From Clostridia bacterium (lineage in GTDB: Bacteria; Bacillota; Clostridia; Christensenellales; Borkfalkiaceae), in NCBI GenBank assembly GCA_017504165.1, contig JAFVRR010000002.1:13374-77373 (forward strand): DNA of 64,000 nucleotides, in the 5' to 3' direction. Position numbers and translations under genes: made by a program. The notes below the pieces were generated by a model that saw only the letters and a list, made by a program, of their open reading frames with translations, ran no database searches and was not told the origin of the DNA. Each line of letters begins with the position of its first letter. The stretch's first letter is position 1. Of this stretch, positions 46,334 through 57,006 are shown piece by piece.

Positions 46334-48147
46334 CAGGCGAATTAGAAAGTAAAATTAAATTGTTGCCAACTTACCCCGGCGTATACGTTATGCTTGATAA
46401 AGATAACGTAGTTATTTACGTTGGCAAGGCGAAAAATTTAAAAAATAGGGTTACCACCTACTTTAGACAGGGCTTTAAAACGGAAAAAGTGGCTAAAATG
46501 GTTATGAATATAGTCGACTTTTACTATATTATCACTCCGTCTGAAGGGGACGCTTTGTCGCTTGAAAACAATTTAATTAAAAAGTATAAACCAAAGTACA
46601 ATATTTTACTTAAAGACGATAAAACTTACCCCTATATTAAAATAAATTTAAAGGAAGATTTCCCTACCTTTACGCTAACTAGAAAATTTAAAAACGACGG
46701 CGCTAAATATTTTGGCCCGTATATGTTAGGCGTTAGCGTTTCGGAAATTTTAGATATTGTAAAAGAGGCGTATCAAATTAGACCTTGCTCTATTAAAATA
46801 AACACTCAAAAGCCTAAAAAGGAATGTTTAAACTATCATATAGGTCTATGTTACGCACCTTGCGCTAATAAGATTACTAAACAAGAGTATGCTGAAAGGG
46901 TTAAAAAGGCTATTGACTTTTTGTCGGGTAACGACGACGAGGCGGAAAACCTTTTATCCGAAAAAATGCAAGGCGCTGTCGAGCGTGAAGATTTTGAAAG
47001 GGCGGTGTTACTTCGCGACAAAATCAAAATGCTATCTAAACTTAAAGAGAGAAAAATCACTAATCTTAGTAGGTTTATCACCGCCGACGTTATAGCGATT
47101 AAAGACGACGGAATATTCTCTTCGGTATCGATAATGTTTATAAGGTCGGGTAGAATGTCGGGCGTTAAGACTTTTTCACTTGAAACCTTGTCTGAAGGCG
47201 ATGAAAGACTAGTTGAGTTTATAAACCGCTACTACGTAGAGGGTAGAGAAATTCCCGACGAACTTATCATTTCTAAAGAAACGGAATTTAACAGGGCTAT
47301 AATTGAGTATTTAACCAACTTAAAAGGCAAAAAAGTGGAAGTTACCGTACCTAAAAAGGGGGTTAAGTATAATTTGCTTAAAATGGCAGAGAAAAACGCC
47401 GAAGATTACCTTACAAGGCAAATAAATAAAATTAAACACAAAGACGATATGACTATCGTCGCGTGTGAAAAACTTAAAGAGTTACTATCTTTAAAGAAAT
47501 ACCCTAAGCGTATAGAGTGCTACGATATTTCGCATATTAGCGGTGTAGATAAAGTCGGCTCTATGGTAGTGTTTATAGACGGAGCGCCGTCTAAGGAAGA
47601 CTATCGCCGTTTTAAAATAAAAACGGTTGAAGGCAATAACGACTTTTTATCGCTTAAAGAAGTTTTAACAAGGCGTTTATCAAAGTTAGGAACGAGCGAA
47701 GAAGAAAAATTTGCTCGCCCCGATTTAATTATAATTGACGGCGGTAAAGGTCAACTTACCGCGGTTGAAGATGCCTTTAAAGAGTTTGCGCCCGATATAG
47801 AGTATATTTCACTTGCCGAAAGGGAAGAAGAAATTTATTTACCTAATAAAAGCGAGCCTATTATATTACCTAAATCGGACTATAGGCTAATGTTACTTCA
47901 AAGGGTAAGGGACGAGGCGCACCGCTTTGCAATAACCTTTAATAGAAGTTTAAGGGGTAAGCGTACCCTTCATTCAGTACTTACCGAAATTGAAGGCATA
48001 GGCAGTAAAAAGAGAAACGCGTTACTTAGCGCGTTTAAAGATATTCCGTCAATCAAAAACGCTAGTATTGAAGAACTAACTAAAGTTGACGGCATAGGCG
48101 AAACCCACGCAAAAAATATTAAGGAGTTCTTTTCAAAATGGGAGTAG
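46330..48147 (+). CDS. uvrC: Excinuclease ABC subunit C
   Basis: It has a GIY-YIG N-terminus (GVYVM..VIYVGKAKNL), a UVR domain and a C-terminal (HhH)2. Confidence 0.95.
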   Translation: MTGELESKIKLLPTYPGVYVMLDKDNVVIYVGKAKNLKNRVTTYFRQGFKTEKVAKMVMNIVDFYYIITPSEGDALSLENNLIKKYKPKYNILLKDDKTYPYIKINLKEDFPTFTLTRKFKNDGAKYFGPYMLGVSVSEILDIVKEAYQIRPCSIKINTQKPKKECLNYHIGLCYAPCANKITKQEYAERVKKAIDFLSGNDDEAENLLSEKMQGAVEREDFERAVLLRDKIKMLSKLKERKITNLSRFITADVIAIKDDGIFSSVSIMFIRSGRMSGVKTFSLETLSEGDERLVEFINRYYVEGREIPDELIISKETEFNRAIIEYLTNLKGKKVEVTVPKKGVKYNLLKMAEKNAEDYLTRQINKIKHKDDMTIVACEKLKELLSLKKYPKRIECYDISHISGVDKVGSMVVFIDGAPSKEDYRRFKIKTVEGNNDFLSLKEVLTRRLSKLGTSEEEKFARPDLIIIDGGKGQLTAVEDAFKEFAPDIEYISLAEREEEIYLPNKSEPIILPKSDYRLMLLQRVRDEAHRFAITFNRSLRGKRTLHSVLTEIEGIGSKKRNALLSAFKDIPSIKNASIEELTKVDGIGETHAKNIKEFFSKWE

Positions 48148-49082
48148 TTAATACGGAAAAATTAGATATGTCGGTTAACGCGGAAACGGTAAGCGTTAAA
48201 AAGTTTGCCGAAGCGCTTAACTTAGAAACCATATTCGAAGGTAGGGGTAGCGTTACTTTAAACTCTATAAGCGTATCGCGCCCAGGTTTACAATTAACAG
48301 GCTATTTTAAACACTTTGACCATAACCGCGTGCAACTTATTGGTAACGCGGAGCACGAATACCTTCTTTCTATGGCTAAAAAGGATAGAGATAAGAATTT
48401 AGACGAACTATTTAAAAGGGATATTCCTTGCATAATAGTAGCGAACAACCTTGAAATGTTAAATTCTTTATTAACTTACGCTAAAAAGTATAATTGCCCA
48501 GTATTTTTGTCTAAACAAATAACGACGGTGCTTGCGCACGAACTTACAATTTATCAAGAAGAATTACTCGCCCCAACTTTAATTTCGCACGGCGTACTAG
48601 TAGAAGTATTCGGCGTTGGCGTTTTAATCACGGGTAAAGCGGGCATTGGTAAAAGTGAAACGGCGCTTGACCTTATTACGCGCGGTCACCGATTAGTTGC
48701 CGACGATACCGTGGTTATTAAAAACATAGGCGAAAATTTAGTGGGTAAATCGCCGGAAAAAATTCAATACTTTATGGAAGTTAGGGGCATTGGCATTATA
48801 AACGTTAGAACTATGTACGGCCCGGGCGCTATAAGACCGGTTAAGACGGTTGATTTAATCGTTGACCTTGTTAAGTGGGACGATAACCATAATTACGATA
48901 GGCTTGGCGACGTCAAGTACAAAGAAGAAGTTTTAGGCATTTTAAAACCAAAACTTACAATCCCCGTAACGCCTGGTAGAAATATTCCTGCAATTATCGA
49001 AACGGCTGCAAGAAAATTCCGTTTAGACGAGGCGGGTTACGACGCTACCGCCGAACTTATTTCTAGAACTTTCGGCAAGTAG
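48138..49082 (+). CDS. hprK: HPr kinase/phosphorylase
   Basis: The P-loop is GKAGIGKSETAL and the LVADD motif is present. The start could instead be the ATG at 48168. Confidence 0.9.
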   Translation: MGVVNTEKLDMSVNAETVSVKKFAEALNLETIFEGRGSVTLNSISVSRPGLQLTGYFKHFDHNRVQLIGNAEHEYLLSMAKKDRDKNLDELFKRDIPCIIVANNLEMLNSLLTYAKKYNCPVFLSKQITTVLAHELTIYQEELLAPTLISHGVLVEVFGVGVLITGKAGIGKSETALDLITRGHRLVADDTVVIKNIGENLVGKSPEKIQYFMEVRGIGIINVRTMYGPGAIRPVKTVDLIVDLVKWDDNHNYDRLGDVKYKEEVLGILKPKLTIPVTPGRNIPAIIETAARKFRLDEAGYDATAELISRTFGK

Positions 49083-49388
49083 TTAAACGTTGACTACAAA
49101 GCCAAAATTCCCAGTAAACGCCGAAATTATTATATAGGCGTTTATAACGATTAAAATGGGAATTGTTATCATTAAAAATAGGCTTTGAAGACGGTAGGTG
49201 TATATAAACATTGCAACGTATATTCCAACCGCTCCGCCAAGCAGTCCGCTTAAAAATAGTTTGCTGTCTTTAACCGTTTTTTCGCGCATTTCTTCAAACT
49301 GCTTTTTTTGAAAATATATAAGTAAAAAACCGTATACGTTAATTGCAACTATATAGGTTATAATAACCGCTCTTAATAAAATTATCAT
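49083..49388 (-). CDS. Small three-helix membrane protein (possibly DUF1294-like)
   Basis: The hydrophobic 101-aa product abuts the hprK stop with no gap. The family call is tentative. Confidence 0.35.
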   Translation of the reverse strand: MIILLRAVIITYIVAINVYGFLLIYFQKKQFEEMREKTVKDSKLFLSGLLGGAVGIYVAMFIYTYRLQSLFLMITIPILIVINAYIIISAFTGNFGFVVNV

Positions 49389-49421
49389 ATTTTTATTATG
49401 CGCAAATTTTAAATTATTACT

Positions 49422-51269
49422 ATGTTTTTACCAATTTCTAAAAAATATTACGACAAAGAACAAATAGATTTCGTTTTAATCGCATCGGACGCCTACGTCG
49501 ACCATCCAACTTACGGCCACGCGGTAATTTCTAGGCTAATCGAGAGCGAGGGTTTTAGCGTGGGAATAATTCCGCAACCTATAAAAGATGAAGATTATTA
49601 CGCCCTTCCAACGCCAACTTACGCATATCTCGTGTCGGGTGGCGTGGTTGATAGTATGGTCAACAACTATACCGTTGCAAAAAGGAAAAGGGAAACGGAC
49701 GTGTATTCGCCAAAGTCTAAAGAGGGTAAGCGTCCCGATAGACAAGTCACGGTTTACTCGAGTACTCTCAAAAGGCTTTTTCCTGACGTTCCCGTTATAA
49801 TTGGCGGTATCGAAGCGTCGCTCCGTCGTTTTGCCCACTACGATTATTGGCTTGATGGTATGATGCAATCAATACTTATAGACAGTAAAGCGGATTTATT
49901 GATTTACGGTATGGGCGAAAATCCTATTTGGGATATTTTAGCCCTAGTTAAAAAGGGCGTGCCTATAACTAAAATTAGAGACGTTAGGGGTACGGTAGTA
50001 AAATATCCTAATACTTTTAAAGAAGAATTAAAAAACAAAGGCTATAAAGAATTGCCGTCTTTTAGCGATATAATTTTAGATAAGAAAAATTACGCAATAT
50101 CTTTTAAAGAAGAAAGCCGTAATACAGACGCGCTTAACGCCGACGTTTTGTTCCAAGAACAAAGTAGCGGAGAAATCGTACTACAAAACAAACCTGCATA
50201 TCCACTGACAACCGAGCAAATGGATAAAATTTACTCTCTTCCGTATATGCGCCGTTGTCACGACGAGTATATGAAAGAAGGCGGTATAAAATCTATTGAA
50301 GAAGTTAAGTTTTCAGTAGTTAGTCATAGAGGTTGCTTTGGTAGTTGCGCTTTTTGCGCTATAAACTATCATCAAGGTAGGCGTATACAAAAGAGAAGTG
50401 ACCAGTCTATTTTAAACGAAATAGAACTTTTAACTAAAGATAAAGACTTTAAAGGATATATTCACGACCTATCTGGTCCGTCTTCTAACTTTAGAGAGCC
50501 CGCTTGCGACAAACAATGTAAATCGGGGGTTTGTAAAGATAGGTATTGTATAGGCAATAAGCCTTGCCCTAACTTAAAAGTAGACCACACTAGTTTTATT
50601 GAACTACTTAGAAAAGCAAGAAGGGTAAACGGCGTTAAAAAGGTGTTTATTAGAAGTGGGCTTCGATACGACTATCTAACCTACGATAAAAATTGCGACG
50701 CTTTACTGTTAGAACTTTGTAAAAACCATATAAGCGGTCAGTTAAAAGTTGCGCCAGAGCACGTTTCGGACAACGTTTTAAAGGTTATGAACAAGCCGTC
50801 GTTTAGCGTGTATAAAACCTTTGCTAATAAATATCGCGAAGTTAATAAAAAGGCGGGTAAAGAGCAGTTTTTAGTGCCGTATTTAATTTCTTCGCACCCC
50901 GGTTGCACGATAGTTGACGCGGTTAAACTTACGGAATATTTAAAGAGTATAGGCTATATGCCAGAGCAAGTTCAAGACTTTTATCCAACCCCTTCAACGC
51001 GCGCAACGTGTATATATTATACGGGAATAGACCCCGACACTTTAAAAGAAGTTTACGTTCCTAAGTCGCCAAGCGAAAAGAGAATGCAAAGGGCGCTACT
51101 TCAATATAGACTGCCTAAAAACAGAGATTTAGTAAACAAGGCGTATATTTTAGCAAACGTAAAAGATAATAAAAATGAAGTAAAAGGCAAAAAACCTACT
51201 AAAGATACGGGTGTTTTCCTTAAAAACGGCGTTTATAGAAAGGGACTTGGAAATAAAAATCGTAAATAA
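49422..51269 (+). CDS. ygiQ: YgiQ-family (UPF0313) radical SAM protein
   Basis: It has the CFGSCAFCAI radical-SAM cluster motif and an N-terminal YgiQ-type domain, at a size of about 615 aa. Confidence 0.85.
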   Translation: MFLPISKKYYDKEQIDFVLIASDAYVDHPTYGHAVISRLIESEGFSVGIIPQPIKDEDYYALPTPTYAYLVSGGVVDSMVNNYTVAKRKRETDVYSPKSKEGKRPDRQVTVYSSTLKRLFPDVPVIIGGIEASLRRFAHYDYWLDGMMQSILIDSKADLLIYGMGENPIWDILALVKKGVPITKIRDVRGTVVKYPNTFKEELKNKGYKELPSFSDIILDKKNYAISFKEESRNTDALNADVLFQEQSSGEIVLQNKPAYPLTTEQMDKIYSLPYMRRCHDEYMKEGGIKSIEEVKFSVVSHRGCFGSCAFCAINYHQGRRIQKRSDQSILNEIELLTKDKDFKGYIHDLSGPSSNFREPACDKQCKSGVCKDRYCIGNKPCPNLKVDHTSFIELLRKARRVNGVKKVFIRSGLRYDYLTYDKNCDALLLELCKNHISGQLKVAPEHVSDNVLKVMNKPSFSVYKTFANKYREVNKKAGKEQFLVPYLISSHPGCTIVDAVKLTEYLKSIGYMPEQVQDFYPTPSTRATCIYYTGIDPDTLKEVYVPKSPSEKRMQRALLQYRLPKNRDLVNKAYILANVKDNKNEVKGKKPTKDTGVFLKNGVYRKGLGNKNRK

Positions 51270-51342
51270 GCAAAAAAAATTGTGAATAATACTTTTCAAA
51301 AACCACAAAATGTGGTAAACTAAACGATAGTGAGGTAAACTT

Positions 51343-51795
51343 ATGAAATGTATGTACTGTGGCTTTTTAGAAAGCAAGGTAATTGATTCTCGTTCAACGG
51401 ATGAAAATACGATGATTCGTCGCCGTCGCGAATGTATAAGTTGCGGTAGGCGTTTTACTACTTACGAAACCATTGAAACTACGCCTATTTTAGTAATCAA
51501 GGCTAGCGGGGATAGAGAGGCTTTTGACCCAAGCAAGATTAAAAGCGGGATTATTAAGTCTTGTGAAAAACGCCCCGTTCCTATGTTTAAAATTGATAAA
51601 CTTGTGGAAGATATTAAAAAGCAAGTATACAACTCTTTAAACCAAGAAATCACTTCTAAAGAAATTGGCGAAATGGTTATGGAAGGTCTTAAAGACGTTG
51701 ACGAAGTTGCATACGTTAGATTTGCGTCCGTTTACCGTTCGTTTAAAGACGTTTCTACCTTTATGCGTGAACTTGAAAAGTTAACTAAAAAATAA
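51343..51795 (+). CDS. nrdR: Transcriptional repressor NrdR
   Basis: It has a zinc ribbon (MKCMYCG...[16 protein letters not shown]) plus an ATP-cone. Confidence 0.95.
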   Translation: MKCMYCGFLESKVIDSRSTDENTMIRRRRECISCGRRFTTYETIETTPILVIKASGDREAFDPSKIKSGIIKSCEKRPVPMFKIDKLVEDIKKQVYNSLNQEITSKEIGEMVMEGLKDVDEVAYVRFASVYRSFKDVSTFMRELEKLTKK

Positions 51796-51811
51796 TATTA
51801 GGATATAAAAT

Positions 51812-52534
51812 ATGAAAAAATTTATTTTTACAGACAATAAAAAATTATTCAATAGGGTATTTGCGGGTGTACTTGCTTTTATTATTGCGGTAAGTATCGT
51901 TGCAGTTTTGTTTTTGGTAGACAGTTTTGCAATTGCAAATCCAAAATGTTACCACAAGTTTTTACTTTCTACTTTTCACGGCTCTTACGATGCTGAAAAT
52001 ATGCCTAAAAATTATTGGCAAGTAGAATCGCTTGAAGACGGCGAGGGTAATAAGTTAAAAATGAAGGCCAAAGTAGAACTTCCTATAACTGATAAAAGCG
52101 AAAGATTTTTAGGTCAAATTTGGATTAATATTTCAGACCTTGAAGGTGACGCTCTTTCAATTTATACTTACTATCAAACTAGCAATACTTCAACTACTAA
52201 TAAACCTTTAAACAAAGACGATATTCCGTTTACCATAACTGCTAAAGAACTTAGAAATTCTAAAGACGGTTGGTTCAAAGTATACGATTTTAATAATGTT
52301 GAAAGATTTAATAAAGCATACGAATATATTGACGATTATTCTATCGTATTTACAGCGGGCGTTCGCGTAAGGGAAATGGTTTTCGTTGATACTAAAGGGG
52401 AAGTAGTTAAAGATATTTCTTCAATTGAACAATACCTTGAAAATAATTTATATACTAACCGCACGGGTTTCCCTGTAAAACTTGCGGTTGACGAATACAA
52501 ATTATTCGATACACGCAAAATTAGCGTAAAATAA
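51812..52534 (+). CDS. Membrane-anchored hypothetical protein
   Basis: It has one N-terminal TM helix (VFAGVLAFIIAVSIVAVLFLV) and no motif I recognise. Confidence 0.4.
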   Translation: MKKFIFTDNKKLFNRVFAGVLAFIIAVSIVAVLFLVDSFAIANPKCYHKFLLSTFHGSYDAENMPKNYWQVESLEDGEGNKLKMKAKVELPITDKSERFLGQIWINISDLEGDALSIYTYYQTSNTSTTNKPLNKDDIPFTITAKELRNSKDGWFKVYDFNNVERFNKAYEYIDDYSIVFTAGVRVREMVFVDTKGEVVKDISSIEQYLENNLYTNRTGFPVKLAVDEYKLFDTRKISVK

Positions 52535-52554
52535 TAAAATATAATTTAGAAGAC

Positions 52555-52597
52555 AAAAAAGAGTACGTTTTTACAAAAACTACTCTTTTTTTATTTT
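52555..52597 (+). terminator. Intrinsic terminator
   Basis: A long hairpin, AAAAAGAGTACGTTTTT / AAAAACTACTCTTTTT with a 1-nt bulge, is followed by a T-run. Confidence 0.7.
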
Positions 52598-52619
52598 GCT
52601 TTAATTTTAAAATTAAGGT

Positions 52620-53438
52620 ATGGAAGTTTATATTGAATACGCATTTATTGATAATTTTATAATAGACTTTATACTTCTTAAACTATCTACTAAATGCGCT
52701 AAAATTAAAACGAGTATTTTGCGTATTGCGGTTGTGTCTATTATTGGTAGTGTAATTGCTATTTTATTGCCGTTAATTAGCGTTAATAAGATTTTTATTT
52801 TACCTATAAAAATTACGCTAGGGCTTTTGTTAAGTTATTTATCGGGTAGTTTTTTAAAATTTAAAGACTATCTTCTATCTACCTTTTATTTTTTTGCGTT
52901 TACCTTTTTATCGGGAGGGGCGATAATTGCATTATTTAATTTTGCCTCTATCGATTACGAAAGTTATTTTATTTTAAATTATAATTCTTTTATGCCGATT
53001 GGCGTTACCTTTTTAATAGTTTACTTGGCTAGTAAATGTTTGATAATATTGGCAAATAGACTAGTAAAAAGTTTAGAAAGGGAAAATTACGTAAGAAAAT
53101 GCGTAGTGGTAATAAATGGCAAAAAAATATTAGCTCAAGGCTTTATAGATACGGGGAATAAACTTTACGATAATTTGACGGGGCTACCAGTTATAGTTGC
53201 ATCTAAACTATTTATAAAAAAACTAGCGTTTGAAAATCTACTGCCAAATTCTTATAGGAATTTGAAAATTGAAACGGCAAGCGGTTGTTCGACAATAAAA
53301 ATATTTTATATCGATAAACTTTTGATATATAACGGAATTAACGCGAATATATATAATAACGTATTAATCGGCGAAGGACTAACGAATTTATACGTTGACG
53401 GTTACACCGATTTACTACTTCATTACACGCTAAAATAA
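52620..53438 (+). CDS. spoIIGA: Sigma-E processing peptidase SpoIIGA
   Basis: A polytopic N-terminal half is followed by the aspartic protease motif GFIDTGN. The gene is directly upstream of sigE. Confidence 0.85.
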   Translation: MEVYIEYAFIDNFIIDFILLKLSTKCAKIKTSILRIAVVSIIGSVIAILLPLISVNKIFILPIKITLGLLLSYLSGSFLKFKDYLLSTFYFFAFTFLSGGAIIALFNFASIDYESYFILNYNSFMPIGVTFLIVYLASKCLIILANRLVKSLERENYVRKCVVVINGKKILAQGFIDTGNKLYDNLTGLPVIVASKLFIKKLAFENLLPNSYRNLKIETASGCSTIKIFYIDKLLIYNGINANIYNNVLIGEGLTNLYVDGYTDLLLHYTLK

Positions 53439-53449
53439 AAGGGGGAGTT

Positions 53450-54151
53450 ATGAAAATTTTAAATTTTATTAAAAGAATTTTTAAAGGGGTTTTTAAAAAG
53501 CAAAAAGTTTATTACGTGGGCAGTTCTGAAATATTGCCAAAAGCCTACACCCCCGAAGAAGAGCAAGAAAAAATTGAAGAATTGCTAGGCGGTAAAGAGG
53601 GTGTAAAGGAAGATTTAATCTCACACAATTTGAGGTTGGTCGTTTATATTGCAAGAAAATTCGACAATACGGGCGTCGACCTTGACGATTTGATTTCCGT
53701 TGGAACAATCGGGCTTATAAAGGCGGTAAACACCTTTAAAATGGATAAAAATATAAAACTTGCAACGTACGCGTCAAGGTGTATTGAAAACGAGATATTA
53801 ATGCATTTAAGAAAGATTTCTAAAAAAAGGCTGGAAATTTCGCTTGATGAACCCTTAAACGTTGATTACGAGGGGAATAAACTGCTTTTATCCGATATTT
53901 TAGGAACTGACCCCGAAATAGTTTATAAAAATTCGGAAAATAGAGAAGAGTGTAAAATTTTAAAAGAGGCGATTGATAAACTTAGTTTTAGGGAAAAGCA
54001 AATTATGAGTATGCGCTACGGTTTAGACGGAGAAGAAGAACTAACGCAAAAAGAAGTTGCCGATATGCTGGGGATTTCGCAGTCGTACATATCAAGGCTA
54101 GAAAAGAAAATAGTTTTAAGGCTTAAAAAGGAATTTAAAAAATACAGTTAA
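53450..54151 (+). CDS. sigE: Sporulation sigma factor SigE (pro-sigma-E)
   Basis: A pro-sequence is followed by [18 protein letters not shown]. Regions 2 to 4 are present ([23 protein letters not shown]). Confidence 0.9.
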   Translation: MKILNFIKRIFKGVFKKQKVYYVGSSEILPKAYTPEEEQEKIEELLGGKEGVKEDLISHNLRLVVYIARKFDNTGVDLDDLISVGTIGLIKAVNTFKMDKNIKLATYASRCIENEILMHLRKISKKRLEISLDEPLNVDYEGNKLLLSDILGTDPEIVYKNSENREECKILKEAIDKLSFREKQIMSMRYGLDGEEELTQKEVADMLGISQSYISRLEKKIVLRLKKEFKKYS

Positions 54152-54152
54152 A

Positions 54153-54190
54153 AAAACGCTATCGCAATTAAGCGATAGCGTTTTAATTTT
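54153..54190. terminator. Bidirectional intrinsic terminator between sigE and fba
   Basis: AAAACGCTATCGC pairs with GCGATAGCGTTTT. Confidence 0.75.
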
Positions 54191-54194
54191 TAAA

Positions 54195-55169
54195 TTACTT
54201 GCATTCGTTTGCTTTGCCTGCGCAACCAAGAACGTTGATAAGTTTATGTCTAACGATTTCTTTAATGTTTGCTCTTGCAGGTTTAAGATATTCTCTTGGG
54301 TCGAATTTGTCTGGGTGTTCAGCAAAGAATTTTCTGACAGTACCAGTCATTGCAAGACGAAGGTCAGAGTCGATGTTAATCTTACATACAGAAAGTTTAG
54401 CCGCTTCGCGAAGTTGTTCTTCTGGAACACCGATAGCGTCTGGCATTCTACCGCCAAAGTCGTTTACCATCTTAACGTATTCTTGTGGAACTGATGAAGA
54501 ACCGTGAAGAACGATAGGGAAGTTAGGAAGACGTTTAGAAACTTCTTCTAAAATATCAAAACGAAGTGCAGGTGGTACTAAAATACCCTTTTCGTTTACA
54601 GTGCATTGTTCAGGTTTGAACTTGTATGCGCCGTGAGAAGTACCAATAGCGATAGCGAGTGAGTCAACACCTGTTTTAGCAACGAATTCTTCAACTTCTT
54701 CAGGTCTAGTATAAGAACCTACTGCGTGAGAAACTTCGTCTTCAATACCAGCAAGTGTGCCGAGTTCGCCTTCTACAACAACGCCGTGGTCGTGAGCGTA
54801 TTCTACTACTTTTTTAGTAAGAGCGATATTGTCTTCAAAAGAGTGAGAAGAACCGTCGATCATAACTGACGTGAAGCCACCGTCGATAACTGCTTTACAA
54901 GTTTCAAAGTCAGGACCGTGGTCAAGGTGAAGAACTACAGGAATGTCAGGACATTCTATAACTGCTGCTTCTACGAGTTTAACAAGGTAAGTGTGGTTAG
55001 CGTATGCTCTTGCACCCTTTGATACTTGAAGAATAACAGGTGCGTTTTCTTCTTTACACGCTTCAGTGATACCTTGTACGATTTCCATGTTGTTTACGTT
55101 GAACGCGCCGATAGCGTAACCGTTCTTGTAAGCGGATTCAAACATTTTTTTGCTTGTAACTAATGCCAT
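54195..55169 (-). CDS. fba: Class II fructose-1,6-bisphosphate aldolase
   Basis: The product begins MALVTSKKMFESAYKNGYAIGAFNVNN and has LHLDHG and GTSHGAYKF motifs. Start reassigned to the ATG at 55169, which lies after GGAGG. The tracked 24-aa extension looks spurious. Confidence 0.95.
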   Translation of the reverse strand: MALVTSKKMFESAYKNGYAIGAFNVNNMEIVQGITEACKEENAPVILQVSKGARAYANHTYLVKLVEAAVIECPDIPVVLHLDHGPDFETCKAVIDGGFTSVMIDGSSHSFEDNIALTKKVVEYAHDHGVVVEGELGTLAGIEDEVSHAVGSYTRPEEVEEFVAKTGVDSLAIAIGTSHGAYKFKPEQCTVNEKGILVPPALRFDILEEVSKRLPNFPIVLHGSSSVPQEYVKMVNDFGGRMPDAIGVPEEQLREAAKLSVCKINIDSDLRLAMTGTVRKFFAEHPDKFDPREYLKPARANIKEIVRHKLINVLGCAGKANECK

Positions 55170-55309
55170 AAAAATTCCTCCAAGAAATTTATAAATTTTA
55201 TTAACTTTTTTAATTATACACCAAAAAAACTTAAAGTGCAATTATTTTAACTTGATTATTATTTAATTTTATACTAAAATATATTGTAATTACTAGTTTT
55301 AGGTGTGTT

Positions 55310-56245
55310 ATGAAAAGATTACTCGCTTTATTCATCTCAATAATTTTAACTTTTTCTATTACCGCTTGCAGTAGCAAAGGGGAAGTTAATTTGTATATCG
55401 TTGACGGCGCGCCGACGCTTGCCGTTGCTAAAATTATAAATGATAAAGAAATAAACGGCAAAAAGGTCAACGTCAAAACCGTTTCTTCGGTAGACGTACT
55501 TAATAGCGCTATTTTAAACGGTAGCGCAGACGTTGTCGTAATGCCCGTAAATTCCGCGCAAAAACTATACAATAACGGCGTTAAAATAAAACTACTTACC
55601 GTCAACGTGTTCGGCTGTTTGTATATAGTAGGCAAAGGGGAAATTAGCTCTTTAACCGATTTTAACGGCAAAGAGATTAACCTTGTAGGTAAAACGGGTA
55701 CGCCCGATTTATCTATTAAGTTTTTACTTAATAAAAAAGGTATAACGTATAGCGAAAATGACACTTCAGGGGTTCAACTTAAATATATTCAAAACGATAC
55801 GGTAATACCGTCGCTTAAAACGAACGCGATTGATTACGCGCTTATCGGCGAGCCACTCGTTTCTAAAGCAATTGACAAGGTTGAAAACTTAAAACCGCTT
55901 ATCGATATTAAAAAAGAGTGGGAAAGTATAACAAATGGTAAATTGTACACTCAAGCAGGGGTTGTTGTTACAGATAAACTAATTGAAAGCGATTTTAATT
56001 TTGTTAAAGGATTGTATAGTTCGCTTACCGAAAACAAACAGTTTATTTATAATAACGCAACTACTTTAAATAGTGTGTTTAGCGAAACTAGCGCTCTTAA
56101 AACTTTAAACTTTAATGAAGAAATTTTAAATAGGTGTAACGTTGGCTGTGAAAGGGCTAGTGAAATAGATAGTGATATTGAGTTTTATTTAAAAACTTTA
56201 AACGAAGAATATAATGGAGAATTCATCTACAAAGGAAAGTTATGA
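55310..56245 (+). CDS. ABC transporter substrate-binding lipoprotein (NMT1/SsuA-like)
   Basis: A lipobox (SITAC) is present. The two-lobe binding-protein layout and the downstream permease and ATPase genes fit this call. Confidence 0.7.
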   Translation: MKRLLALFISIILTFSITACSSKGEVNLYIVDGAPTLAVAKIINDKEINGKKVNVKTVSSVDVLNSAILNGSADVVVMPVNSAQKLYNNGVKIKLLTVNVFGCLYIVGKGEISSLTDFNGKEINLVGKTGTPDLSIKFLLNKKGITYSENDTSGVQLKYIQNDTVIPSLKTNAIDYALIGEPLVSKAIDKVENLKPLIDIKKEWESITNGKLYTQAGVVVTDKLIESDFNFVKGLYSSLTENKQFIYNNATTLNSVFSETSALKTLNFNEEILNRCNVGCERASEIDSDIEFYLKTLNEEYNGEFIYKGKL

Positions 56246-57006
56246 TTAAGGCTAAAAACAAGGCTATAACTTGGTTATTGCCACTTTTAACACTTTTAGT
56301 AATGGTGGTAATTTGGCAAGTTTTAGCAAGTGTAATACAACTAAATATTATACTGCCAACGCCACTTTCAGCGTTAAAAGAATTCTTTAATTGCCTTTTA
56401 GACGGCGCGTTTTATATTGCCGTTGGGCTAACTCTTTTAAGGACGGTTGTTTGCTATTTAATTTGCTTTTTATTAGGCTGGGCGCTAGGCTATTTATCCT
56501 TTAAGGTTAACGGTGTAAACTTGGCGATTTCACCGTTAATTAGTTTAATTAAATCCGTACCCACTATGAGCGTTATACTTTTAATTTTAATTTGGGTTAA
56601 CTATGAAATTGCGCCTATAGTAATTGCTTTTATAGTGGTTTTTCCACTCTCTTACGCTAGTAGTTTATCGGGATATAAAAGTTTAGATAAAAGCATTTTT
56701 GATATGGCTAAAATATATAAAATTAGCGATAAAACGCTATACAAAAACTACGTTTTGCCAACTTTACTAGATAATTTTAGCGCCTCTTCGGTTTCCGAAC
56801 TTTTACTTACTTTTAAAATAGTAATTTCAGGCGAAGTTATGGCGGAAACGGCAAGGGGTATAGGCGAACTTATAAAGCAGTCTAAATACGCGTTAGAAAC
56901 GGGTAAATTATTTGCTTATACTATAGTTGCCGTTATTTTAGGGGTGATTTTAGAATATTGTTTAAAAGGGATTATTTTCCTTCTTAAAAAGGGGAGGAAA
57001 GTATGA
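56242..57006 (+). CDS. ABC transporter permease (SsuC/TauC-like)
   Basis: It has about six TM helices and overlaps both neighbouring genes by 4 nt (ATGA). Confidence 0.8.
   Translation: MIKAKNKAITWLLPLLTLLVMVVIWQVLASVIQLNIILPTPLSALKEFFNCLLDGAFYIAVGLTLLRTVVCYLICFLLGWALGYLSFKVNGVNLAISPLISLIKSVPTMSVILLILIWVNYEIAPIVIAFIVVFPLSYASSLSGYKSLDKSIFDMAKIYKISDKTLYKNYVLPTLLDNFSASSVSELLLTFKIVISGEVMAETARGIGELIKQSKYALETGKLFAYTIVAVILGVILEYCLKGIIFLLKKGRKV

Noticed and set aside
51302-51316. The inverted repeat ACCACA-AAA-TGTGGT upstream of nrdR, as a possible NrdR box.
   Set aside because: The arm spacing and length do not fit the 16-bp NrdR-box palindrome as I recall it. There is only a single copy, whereas NrdR sites usually occur in tandem.
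54195-55241. The tracked 348-aa version of fba with a 24-aa N-terminal extension.
   Set aside because: The extension (MHFKFFWCIIKK...) is not aldolase-like. The internal ATG at 55169 has a GGAGG RBS and gives the canonical MALVTSK N-terminus.
55231-55764. A 177-aa minus-strand ORF.
   Set aside because: It is entirely antisense to the well-supported ABC substrate-binding lipoprotein gene. Its composition is Leu/Ser/Thr-rich, as is typical of reverse-frame artefacts, and it has no RBS.
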